Shown piece by piece: positions 40,560-49,742 of a stretch of DNA of 64,000 nucleotides; position 1 is the stretch's first letter; each line of letters begins with the position of its first letter. The notes beneath the pieces are model-generated. The model had not been told where the DNA came from and ran no database searches. It was given only the letters and a program-made list of their open reading frames with translations. The DNA comes from a bacterium (GTDB lineage: Bacteria > Patescibacteriota > Minisyncoccia > UBA6257 > GWB1-50-10). Where the stretch lies: contig JAKAGX010000001.1 of the NCBI GenBank assembly GCA_021825465.1, positions 5,347 to 69,346 of the forward strand, written 5' to 3'. The position numbers were made by a program, and so were the translations under genes.

Positions 40560-40778
40560 ATGATGAAAAGCCGCGAGAATGCCATTTACGACACCGCCAA
40601 ACTCGCCAAATTCTTCGGCGTGACCGAACGAACCGTTCTCGAATGGTGCCGGAGAGGAAAGCTTCCGGCTTTCAAGATCGGCAAACAATGGAGGGTGCGG
40701 GTTATCGATCTCCAAAAAATGATCGATCGCAAGGTGACGACCCGGCGAGATTCGCGCTATACCACTTCGCTGTTGTAG
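40560..40778 (+). CDS. excisionase/MerR-like helix-turn-helix DNA-binding protein
   Basis: YDTAKLAKFFGVTERTVLEWCRRGKLPAFKIGKQWRV; TGGTATAAT just upstream. Confidence 0.85.
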   Translation: MMKSRENAIYDTAKLAKFFGVTERTVLEWCRRGKLPAFKIGKQWRVRVIDLQKMIDRKVTTRRDSRYTTSLL

Positions 40779-42448
40779 CACTGTTCACAGTACACGATCT
40801 CGGGTCTCTCCGGAGAAAAGCTCGTCTCGAATTCATTGGGACACTTCCCCGAATGGCCGTGGTTCGGCCTGTCGCACATGCACGAACGATGCCAGAGCTT
40901 TACGGGATTTTTGAGCCTCAAACGATCCTTAAGCCGGCAGAAAAAACATTTCCGAGGAACCGGGATGCCGTTCCGCTTGTAGAATGCGAGTTCCTCGGCG
41001 AGGATCTTGTAATTCCTGCTGCATTCGGCGCAGGCAAGGATCTCATTCACGATCGAGTCCGGAACACCGGCGATCGCGTCGGGGATCTCCCGCATCGTTT
41101 CTTTCCCCGTCGTGAACTGAAGCTTGTCCTGCCACCGGTACCCCTCCGCGAGCGCTTCTTCTTTCATAAGCGGATAGCTATCTTCTGCCAGCGTTTCGTT
41201 GTATCCGAATGTCGAGAGCGATGCCGGAAAAAATTCCCCCCATTCCCCCTTCCTTTTCATATCCTCGACGATTTCCGTCTTGATTTTTTCATATTCCTCC
41301 CTCGAATATTGCTTGTTTAGGATGCAATACTTGGCACTTTTGAGCCCCACGCACCCGAAGAGTTCTTCCGACGATTGGCAGCTGTCGGAGTACCAGACAT
41401 TCCGATCCTTGTGGCAATACGAAGTGAAATGCGTATTATACGAGTTGTCCGGATTGATCCCTTCATAGCACAGTTCCTGCTCGCCGCCGCTTGCACAATC
41501 ATAGCTGTCTTTGATGGTGTCGCCGTTCTCGAAGAACTTCGAATCTTCAACGCGGACGGCATTCCAAGAATTCTTGGCGTTTTTGGAATTCACGAGATAG
41601 TTGCCGGTGCAGTTGACCGAGTTCATAAAATTCGCCGGACGGCGCGGAAATCCCAGAATAAAATCGAAGAATTCCTTCTTGGCCCGCTCCGATCCGCTCC
41701 ACGTATCGAGCTGGTACTCCCCGAGGATTTTCTCATATTCTTCCTTCGAATATTGCTGATTTTTCACACAGTACTTTTTATGACGGAGGCCGATCGACAT
41801 GAAACAGCTAGTGCAATCCTTGCAATCGTAGCAGAACGCGCAATCGATGAGCGATTCGGAATTGAAAACGAACCGGCACGAATTACTGTCCCCCACGTAG
41901 ATCGATTCGTAGATATTCCGCGCATTCGAAAAGACCGTCATCACGTCCACCATATCCTTCGCGTTCACCATATGGTAGCAGTAGAGGCAGTTTTCCACCT
42001 TCCATGAGTTCATGGTGAGATAGCAGTTTTTGCCGAGGGCGAAATAGTTCGTATATTCGCACCCGACGCTCGCGATGTTGTTGTCGTTCAGGATCGCGAG
42101 AGCCGGCACGGCATCGAGAAGCTTCCGATATTGTTCGAAAAACGGCCGTGAAGGATCATACTCACGCCCGTACTGCCCGGGGTCCCAGCCGTCGCCCCAC
42201 CAGCACTTGTTGCAATAGATCGGAACGGGTTTCTCCGGCGAGTAGATGGAGATGATCTTCCGGCCGCAGAGCCCGCATTCGCGGTTGTAGAAATTGTAGT
42301 CGTTCCGCCACGCGAGCCGCCGCTGTCGCCGGCAGTCAGGACAAAAAGTCGGCGCCGGCACCCCGATGCGGTTGTAAAAAGAAAAGTCGTCGGGTTCGAC
42401 GATGAAATCCCGATGACAATTTTGACAAACCTTCTTTTCGGAAAGCAT
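40757..42448 (-). CDS. Cys-rich multi-zinc-ribbon repeat protein, paralog 9
   Basis: Same conserved motifs. Confidence 0.88.
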   Translation of the reverse strand: MLSEKKVCQNCHRDFIVEPDDFSFYNRIGVPAPTFCPDCRRQRRLAWRNDYNFYNRECGLCGRKIISIYSPEKPVPIYCNKCWWGDGWDPGQYGREYDPSRPFFEQYRKLLDAVPALAILNDNNIASVGCEYTNYFALGKNCYLTMNSWKVENCLYCYHMVNAKDMVDVMTVFSNARNIYESIYVGDSNSCRFVFNSESLIDCAFCYDCKDCTSCFMSIGLRHKKYCVKNQQYSKEEYEKILGEYQLDTWSGSERAKKEFFDFILGFPRRPANFMNSVNCTGNYLVNSKNAKNSWNAVRVEDSKFFENGDTIKDSYDCASGGEQELCYEGINPDNSYNTHFTSYCHKDRNVWYSDSCQSSEELFGCVGLKSAKYCILNKQYSREEYEKIKTEIVEDMKRKGEWGEFFPASLSTFGYNETLAEDSYPLMKEEALAEGYRWQDKLQFTTGKETMREIPDAIAGVPDSIVNEILACAECSRNYKILAEELAFYKRNGIPVPRKCFFCRLKDRLRLKNPVKLWHRSCMCDRPNHGHSGKCPNEFETSFSPERPEIVYCEQCYNSEVV

Positions 42449-42688
42449 ATGTTTATTTTACCCTAAATCACGATCCAAAACGAAAAGACGTTGAATTATT
42501 TTAATTTATCGATCGATCATCATTATGTCGAGTTATCCCCAAAATTTCGGTCCCCGAGGGGTTTTAAAGGAGAGAGGGAGCCGAAATTTGAAGTGCTACA
42601 TTTCCAACGATCGTATTTTTTGTGGCACTGAGATTGAGGGCTCATACCAGTAATTGAAAAATATCCAAAAGAGAAGGAAAATAATGGC

Positions 42689-43921
42689 ATGAACCCGGAA
42701 CGGATAACCCAGCCTATAGAAACCGAGAATAGGGAGGAACGAGAAAGAGAACTCGCCAAGCGGCTGACTGCCCTTGAGGTCCATTTTGCGAACGTACGGT
42801 ACCAGGATCAAGTTACCGAAAGAGAAAGGATCTATTCCGATTTCAGTGATTCACTTAATAAAAACACTCCCATCATAAGAAGGATGCTTAATAGATATTC
42901 CAATACCGTCCATGGAGATAAGGAGGAGAACCAGAAATTGAAATCATTCGCAACTTTTTTCCTCCACGAAGTTGATAGGATATATCAAGAAACGCCGAAT
43001 CGGGAACGGAGGGAGGAACTGATCACTCAGTATGTCTTCGATGCTTACGCCAATTTAAAAAAAGAAGAACCGAGCAAAATCGAAAGAATGATAGAAAAAG
43101 ACACAACCATCGGAGTTATAAAAGTGGAGCCCGGAACACACGAAAACCGCCGTATGGCGGAAGCGGGATTCGGCCCGGAGGAGGAATTCCTACCGATCCA
43201 CTTCCCCGCCTTCTACGAGAGCGGGCCGGAAAAATCGCTGCTTACAGAAATCAATGCGTCATTCACCCAACTTGCCGAAATAGTCCCACAAAAATATCCC
43301 GAAGCACGGGGAATCATCGGCGAATCGTGGCTCCTTTCCCTTCCCGCCGCAGAACGACTCGGATTCAAAAAGGTCATGACGCTCGAAAACCGGTTCGACG
43401 GCGACAGCCTCTGGTCCCAATTCATCGATCAAAACGGAAACATCAGCAAAAGCCGGTTCGATGAGTTCATGAGAACGGGCAAGCCGCCATATGCCGTGAC
43501 GCTCAGCTACATTCCCATCGAAGAATTCTTGAGCAAATACCTTCCGTCGGAGAAAAAAGGAGAGATACTGCTGAAGGAAATAGACCCGGAATGGAAAAAA
43601 GAAGACGCCCGAGAACTGGAAAAATACACGGACGAAGCTCACCGGCTAAGAAGCGACTGGGGAAACTTCGTTGAAGACAAGAATCTTTCTGTGGAAGAAT
43701 TCATGAAAACCTACCCCGCCATCGTGAGCATCATGACCAAAGCAGGTTGCTATGACGACCTCCTGAAGGTTCTCTCCGAGGCAAAAAACAGAAAACACAA
43801 TCTCCAAGAAATGGTGAAAATAATGCCTGCGGAAAGCGAAAGAATCGAGAGAGCGTACACGGAATACGTAAAGAATCTAAAAAGCAGAAAATACCGGGAC
43901 CGTAAGGTTTTTATAAAATAG
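42689..43921 (+). CDS. hypothetical protein (charged, A-rich codon usage)
   Basis: 410 aa Glu/Lys-rich ORF, opposite strand to the array. Confidence 0.78.
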   Translation: MNPERITQPIETENREERERELAKRLTALEVHFANVRYQDQVTERERIYSDFSDSLNKNTPIIRRMLNRYSNTVHGDKEENQKLKSFATFFLHEVDRIYQETPNRERREELITQYVFDAYANLKKEEPSKIERMIEKDTTIGVIKVEPGTHENRRMAEAGFGPEEEFLPIHFPAFYESGPEKSLLTEINASFTQLAEIVPQKYPEARGIIGESWLLSLPAAERLGFKKVMTLENRFDGDSLWSQFIDQNGNISKSRFDEFMRTGKPPYAVTLSYIPIEEFLSKYLPSEKKGEILLKEIDPEWKKEDARELEKYTDEAHRLRSDWGNFVEDKNLSVEEFMKTYPAIVSIMTKAGCYDDLLKVLSEAKNRKHNLQEMVKIMPAESERIERAYTEYVKNLKSRKYRDRKVFIK

Positions 43922-44549
43922 TCTTCAGCTCCGACAGACTATTTACCGTTTTCCAAGCAGTCTTTTCGAGTTCCTCCGAATCAGGTGATTTAAGAGCAAT
44001 GCCCCGCATTGTTTCAAAAAGACTTATATCATTCACGCTGTCGCCCACAGCAATACACTCCTCAGGTCTCAAATCCCGCTCATCGCAGAATTTCTCGAAC
44101 TGTTCCAGCTTCTTGACAGCTTGGTTTTTGAAATATTCGAAGTCAACCAACTTTCCATCTTTATCCCAAACGAGCGTAGCATTTGCGAAATAGCAATCAA
44201 TACCCAACTTCCTCGCCACGATCTCCGCAAAGAGGTCCGTGGAGCCAGTGATGAGACACGGCACAATCTTTCTCTCCTCCAAGCAACCGATGATTTCCTT
44301 CGCACCATCCGCAAGAGGAATATCGTCGTATAAAGATGTAAAGAATTCTTTATTATCCTTTTCTGTCCTTGCCCACATATCGAGCAGTTTGTGCTTTGAA
44401 TCTTCATAATCATCGCCGTCCCCATCCAGCATGTCGCGGTAAAACTGGCGGTGATCATCAACAGACGCGCCCATGGCCTCTGTGATCGCGATCCACGAAT
44501 TCCCCTTCACGAGCGTCCCGTCAATGTCAAAGATAACCGCTTTTATCAT
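43911..44549 (-). CDS. HAD family hydrolase (SerB-like, subfamily IB)
   Basis: FDIDGTL motif I, ITGS motif II, K, VGDSVND motif IV; ATGA overlap with paralog 10. Confidence 0.88.
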   Translation of the reverse strand: MIKAVIFDIDGTLVKGNSWIAITEAMGASVDDHRQFYRDMLDGDGDDYEDSKHKLLDMWARTEKDNKEFFTSLYDDIPLADGAKEIIGCLEERKIVPCLITGSTDLFAEIVARKLGIDCYFANATLVWDKDGKLVDFEYFKNQAVKKLEQFEKFCDERDLRPEECIAVGDSVNDISLFETMRGIALKSPDSEELEKTAWKTVNSLSELKTIL

Positions 44550-46246
44550 AAAACAATAGATTGATAGCACTTGTTGCAATAAACGATCGAGGCCTCCTTC
44601 TCGGGATACCGCGAAACGAACTGGATGCCGCACTTCGAGCAGGTGCGCGGATGCCGAGCCATATTTCCGAGCCACAGTTTGAATTTCTCATTGACGCGGC
44701 AGAAGGGACATTCACGGGGCAGCGGCAGGTCCATGTGGCGCAGGAACGAGAGTTCCGCAGGAATCAGTTTGAATCCCCGTCCGCATTTCGAGCAACCGAT
44801 AACCTCATTCAAAATACCATCCTTCGCATCCCGGATGTGGTCAGGCAGATCGGCGGCCGGAATCGTCGTTTGAAATTCACTCTTCGGCAGATTGCGCCAC
44901 TCATACCCCCTTTCTGCGGCTTTTTCTCTCGAGAGCGGGACAAAACAGTTGGCATCCGATTCGTTGTAGGCGTTCGGCGAAAGCTCGACGGGAAAAAACT
45001 CGCCATACCGGTATTCCCGCCCCTTCTTGTCCCGGTAAACATTCGCGTCCATATCCTTTTTGATCCGCTCGGCCAGTTTTTTATACTCTTCCTTCGGATA
45101 TTTCTTGTTCAAGATGCAATACTCCGCCTTCTTCATCCCGGCACAGCCGAAACAATGGGAACTCGAGGTAAGCGTTTTGCAGTATTCCAAATCTTCTCCC
45201 TTCATAACCTCCTGGCTGAATCTGATGTTCGAACTTTGATTGCCGACAACCGAAGCGTCATACGAAAGAGAAAGGTTTTCTCCCCAATAGGTTATGTCGT
45301 AGCTGTCCGCTATGCCGTCGGATACCATGCTCACGTACCGGCAGTTCTCGCCGTCATTCACCTGGAACGAATCTTTGACGTTCTTGGAATCATAAATGTG
45401 CGCTCCCCAGCAATCGACGTTCCGGTCGCCGAATTCCGCTTTCGGAATCTGCGTCGCCCAAAACGCTTCGGCTTCATGGAGCGCTCTTTGGTATCCCTCG
45501 TACGACCCCAGATCGTATTTCGCGATCTCTTTTTGATATTCTTCTTTCGAGTATTGCTTGTTCTTGATGCAATATTTCTTGTTCTTGACGCTCGCACACA
45601 TACGGCAATCCTGGCAATTCGAAGCATCTTTCATGAAAGCGCAGTTCAAGAGTTCCACGGCGTAGTTCCGGAGGCCGATCCCGCGATTGCATCTCCATGC
45701 ATGCATCGAATCATAGAGCCATTCCGAATTGAGGCAGAGAGTGCAATCCCAAACGGATTTATCATGTTCCACATAAAACCCGTATGCGGAGTCCTCGACG
45801 TAATTCGCCTGGTAGAGAAGATAGCAATTTTTGAGATTCGCGGCATTGCTCGTATAGGGGGAATCCTTCGATGTCTGGATGTCGACGGATAACCCCAAAA
45901 GCGGCACTTTGTGCATCAAGTCGTCGAACTGTTCAAGAAACGGCCGAGAAGGATCATATTCCCTCCCCTCCGCATACTGGTCCCATCCGTCACCCCACCA
46001 GCATTCGGGACAATAAACAACATAGGGCGCATCGGGCGCATACACCGAGATCACGTTTTTCTTGCAAAGATCGCACCTCCGTTTGAAGAGATTGAAGGTA
46101 TTGAACCATGCGAGCCGCCTTTCGAGCCGACACTCGGGGCAAAAGGTCGGCGGCGGGACTTGGATTCGCTCATAGAACGAGAAATCCTCGGGTTCGATGG
46201 TGAACTCCTTTTTGCAGTTTTGGCAGGTTTTGATTTCAGTATTCAT
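44546..46246 (-). CDS. Cys-rich multi-zinc-ribbon repeat protein, paralog 10
   Basis: Same architecture; C-terminal CSKC-x17-CNKC. Confidence 0.88.
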   Translation of the reverse strand: MNTEIKTCQNCKKEFTIEPEDFSFYERIQVPPPTFCPECRLERRLAWFNTFNLFKRRCDLCKKNVISVYAPDAPYVVYCPECWWGDGWDQYAEGREYDPSRPFLEQFDDLMHKVPLLGLSVDIQTSKDSPYTSNAANLKNCYLLYQANYVEDSAYGFYVEHDKSVWDCTLCLNSEWLYDSMHAWRCNRGIGLRNYAVELLNCAFMKDASNCQDCRMCASVKNKKYCIKNKQYSKEEYQKEIAKYDLGSYEGYQRALHEAEAFWATQIPKAEFGDRNVDCWGAHIYDSKNVKDSFQVNDGENCRYVSMVSDGIADSYDITYWGENLSLSYDASVVGNQSSNIRFSQEVMKGEDLEYCKTLTSSSHCFGCAGMKKAEYCILNKKYPKEEYKKLAERIKKDMDANVYRDKKGREYRYGEFFPVELSPNAYNESDANCFVPLSREKAAERGYEWRNLPKSEFQTTIPAADLPDHIRDAKDGILNEVIGCSKCGRGFKLIPAELSFLRHMDLPLPRECPFCRVNEKFKLWLGNMARHPRTCSKCGIQFVSRYPEKEASIVYCNKCYQSIVL

Positions 46247-47988
46247 GCCACTTCGCTGTTATAGCACTGTTCGCAGTACACGATCTCGGGGCGATCCGGC
46301 GCATACGAGGTTTCGAATTCATTCGAACATCTCCCCTCCGGATGATGCGTATGTTCTCCGGAATTTTTATATATCTTGTAATCACACATGCACTGTCGCG
46401 CATAGAGCTGGACCTTGTTCCTTTGCGATATTCGAGCCGCATGACGGCAGTCCACGCATGTCCTCGGCAACGGGATCCCTTCGGCGCGCAGAAAGTCGAG
46501 TTCCGGACGGATGATCCGGTAGGCGCGCTTGCACCTCTCGCATGAAATGATCTTCGAAAGAATATCATCTTGAACGTCGCGGATGGAATCGGGAAGCTCG
46601 GACGCATTCATACTCGTTTCGTATTCCTTGCTTTCCGGATCATCCCACGCGTATCCTTTCGCGAGCGCTTCTTCTTTGGTAAGCGGAAAGTGATCAAATA
46701 CTAACGAGGAGTTGTAGCCGAAGGGGGCGTGCTCGATCGGGAAGAATTCGCCGTAGCGATAGATAATTCCCTCCGTATTTACATAGGGATCCTCGTCCAT
46801 GTGTTTTCTGATCTTCTGAACCAATGCCTCATACTCCTCCTTTGGATACTGCTTGTTCAGGATGCAGTATTGTTTATTCCTCAAGCCCACGCATCCGAAG
46901 CAGTTCGAGGAATTTTTCATGAACATGCAATATTCAAGATCCGAATTTTCCGGCCAACACTCCACGCAAAATTTAAGGCGGGAAATATCCCCTCCGCAGA
47001 TCGATGTTTCGTAACAAAGATCCGTGTTCTTTCCCCAAATCGAAACATCCATAGAATCTTTGGTGGACGGCTCGTTTAGATCTTGGCAATGACGGAGATC
47101 TTCCCCTCCCCGTATGAGGTAACCGCGGTAAACATTTTTGGAATTGGAGATGTATTCACCGAGAACATTCGCATTGTTCGTCCCGGTCATATATCGTACG
47201 GGAGAACCAAGCCAGAATTTTTTGACTCTATTCTTCATCTCCGACACCGAAGTCCATTTATCCAAGCGGAGCCGATCGATTCTCTTCTGATACTCTTTTT
47301 TGGACAATTTCTCGTTAAAGAAGCAATAGCTTTGATTCCTTAAATTGACACACCCGAAGCAATTGATGCATCCCCGGCAGTTCCGGGAGAACCAAACGCC
47401 GGTGCAATCCTCGCACTGGGAGGAAAAATGGGTCTGATGGCAAGACGTATGCCAGAAGGATTCATAGCACCGCTCGCATTTTTTCACGTGGGAGCTTTCA
47501 AAACAGTCCCTCGAGAAATCCACTTGGTTGCCATAGGCGCAGTTTTCCGCTCCCGAACAGTTGAAGACCAGGTAGCAATCCTTCGACCAGCCGATATTCG
47601 CGGTAAAATCCGAGCGCACATTCGACTCCGTAGATCGTGGTACCCGCGGCACGGCCTGCGCAAGTTCATATATCTGTTCAAAAAAGGTCTTATGTTCGTC
47701 GATATCTCTGCCATACTGGAGAGCGTCCCAGTCATCTTCACGCCATTCATCTTCGTCATACAGGGTTACTTTAGACCCTTTAGAGTAGAGAGCGAGGATC
47801 CGCTTGCCTGATTTAACGCTCGTATTCCAAAAAATCTTCCGCTCGTTGCGATACGCAAGCCGCCGCTGGAATCGACACAGCGGGCACCATGTCGGCGGCG
47901 GGACTTGGATTCGCTCATAGAACGAGAAATCCTCCGGTTCGATGGCAAATTCCTCATGGCAATTCTGGCAGGTATGGGTTTCAGACAT
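46243..47988 (-). CDS. Cys-rich multi-zinc-ribbon repeat protein, paralog 11
   Basis: Same conserved motifs. Confidence 0.88.
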   Translation of the reverse strand: MSETHTCQNCHEEFAIEPEDFSFYERIQVPPPTWCPLCRFQRRLAYRNERKIFWNTSVKSGKRILALYSKGSKVTLYDEDEWREDDWDALQYGRDIDEHKTFFEQIYELAQAVPRVPRSTESNVRSDFTANIGWSKDCYLVFNCSGAENCAYGNQVDFSRDCFESSHVKKCERCYESFWHTSCHQTHFSSQCEDCTGVWFSRNCRGCINCFGCVNLRNQSYCFFNEKLSKKEYQKRIDRLRLDKWTSVSEMKNRVKKFWLGSPVRYMTGTNNANVLGEYISNSKNVYRGYLIRGGEDLRHCQDLNEPSTKDSMDVSIWGKNTDLCYETSICGGDISRLKFCVECWPENSDLEYCMFMKNSSNCFGCVGLRNKQYCILNKQYPKEEYEALVQKIRKHMDEDPYVNTEGIIYRYGEFFPIEHAPFGYNSSLVFDHFPLTKEEALAKGYAWDDPESKEYETSMNASELPDSIRDVQDDILSKIISCERCKRAYRIIRPELDFLRAEGIPLPRTCVDCRHAARISQRNKVQLYARQCMCDYKIYKNSGEHTHHPEGRCSNEFETSYAPDRPEIVYCEQCYNSEVA

Positions 47989-48012
47989 ACTAAATACTAT
48001 ATACCAAATACT

Positions 48013-49713
48013 TCATACTATCTCCTTCTGATAACATCCTTCACAATAAATGATCTCCTTGTTTTCCGGAGAAAAACTCGTCTCGAACTCGTTCGGGCAC
48101 CGGCCGGAATGATCATGTCCGGTTTTATCGCACATGCAATTGCGGTGCCATGTCTTGTTCGGCCCGCGCGCCGCGAACCGCCGTTCGTGCCGGCAATCCG
48201 GGCACTCGCGCGGGAGCGGGATCTCCAGGTGTTTGTAAAACTCGAATTCGCTCGGGATGATGCGGAAATTTTTCTTGCATTTCGTGCACGCGAAGATCTC
48301 TTTCGGCACGTCGATACCTCCGATGTCGCGGATCGAATCGGGTATCTTGTCCCACGGCATCGTTTCCTTGCCGTAGGTCCCCCGCGGATGGTCCTCCCAC
48401 TTGAATCCCTGCCGTAGCGCTTCTTCTTTCGTGAGCGGAAACTGGCCCTCTGCGGCCGTCTCGTTGTATCCGAAGGCACTGACGGATGCCGGGAAGAATT
48501 CGCCGTAGATCCCCTCCTCCCTCATTTTCGCGATGATCTCCTTCCGCAATGTTCCGTACTCTTCGGGCGAATATTGCTTATTCAGGATGCAGTAATTCTG
48601 CTTTCGGAGACCCGTGCACCCGAAGCAGTTCGTGCAGTTGAAGCAGTAGAAAGAATAGTCCATGAAACTCGACGACCAGCAGACGGCGGTGGCAACATAA
48701 TGCGAGACGTCGATGCCGGCATTGATCGAATTGTAGACCAGCTCCGCGCTTCTGCCCGCCGTGTCGGCATCGACGCAATCTTTCGCGTTCCGCCAGATAT
48801 GGACGCCGTATTTACTGTCCTCGGAATCGTAGCAGTGGAAGCATGACTTGCAATTCTTCGCGTCTTCGATGTAGTTCCCCGAAGAGCCGGGCGAGTTGTA
48901 GACTTGAGCGAACCGGCGCGGCTCCCCCATCGCGAAATCCTCGAATTTCTTTTTGAATGCCTCGAGGCCGCTCCACGTATCGAACTGCGCTTCTTCGAGG
49001 AACTTTTCGTAATCTTCTTTCGAAACCGGCTTGTTGAAAATGTGGTACTGCTTATTGAACAGATTGACGCAACCCACGCAATTCGAGCAGCCGCGGCAAT
49101 CAAGGAGAAAATACCCGTCGTGCGAATCGTGGCATCCTTTGCTCCAAAACAAACGATACGAGTTGTAGCAGTCGTCGCTCTCGTACGAAAGTTCCGTCTT
49201 GCTCGCGAAGGACGTATCGACGCAATCCTTGCACTCTTGGATCCAGTAGCAGTGGGTACATCCCTCGTTGTTCGACGACTCCACGAGCATATAGCAATTC
49301 TTGTTGTCGGCCGATATGTTCACATACTCGGAGTTGACGCTCCGCTCGTGCATCAGACCGACCTTCGGCACTTTGTTCCAAAGTTCGGCGAACTGATTTA
49401 AGAACGGCTTTGCGGGGTCGTACTCAATACCGAGATCGCGACCATCCCAGCCGTCGGAAAACCAGCAATCGTGGCACCACACCGCGTACGGTTTATTCGG
49501 ACTGTACATCGAGATGCCATCCTTGCCGCATTTGTCGCACTTCCGGGAATAGAACGAGCGTTCATTTCTGAACGCCAATCTTCTTTGTGCGCGGCACGCC
49601 GGGCACAGCCTGGGCGAAAGAACGCCCATCTTTTCGTAAAAACCAAAATCCTCCGGTTCGATGGCAAATTCCTCATGGCAATTCTGACAAGTTCTGGTTT
49701 CGGTTTTAGTCAT
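48013..49713 (-). CDS. Cys-rich multi-zinc-ribbon repeat protein, paralog 12
   Basis: Same conserved motifs. Confidence 0.88.
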   Translation of the reverse strand: MTKTETRTCQNCHEEFAIEPEDFGFYEKMGVLSPRLCPACRAQRRLAFRNERSFYSRKCDKCGKDGISMYSPNKPYAVWCHDCWFSDGWDGRDLGIEYDPAKPFLNQFAELWNKVPKVGLMHERSVNSEYVNISADNKNCYMLVESSNNEGCTHCYWIQECKDCVDTSFASKTELSYESDDCYNSYRLFWSKGCHDSHDGYFLLDCRGCSNCVGCVNLFNKQYHIFNKPVSKEDYEKFLEEAQFDTWSGLEAFKKKFEDFAMGEPRRFAQVYNSPGSSGNYIEDAKNCKSCFHCYDSEDSKYGVHIWRNAKDCVDADTAGRSAELVYNSINAGIDVSHYVATAVCWSSSFMDYSFYCFNCTNCFGCTGLRKQNYCILNKQYSPEEYGTLRKEIIAKMREEGIYGEFFPASVSAFGYNETAAEGQFPLTKEEALRQGFKWEDHPRGTYGKETMPWDKIPDSIRDIGGIDVPKEIFACTKCKKNFRIIPSEFEFYKHLEIPLPRECPDCRHERRFAARGPNKTWHRNCMCDKTGHDHSGRCPNEFETSFSPENKEIIYCEGCYQKEIV

Positions 49714-49742
49714 TGGGTCATTCGTATATTGAAAATTGATAT

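Noticed and set aside
40560-40778. Prophage or ICE suggested by the excisionase-like HTH and VirD4-like ATPases
   Set aside because: No integrase, relaxase, att repeats or phage structural genes were found; flanking genes are housekeeping.
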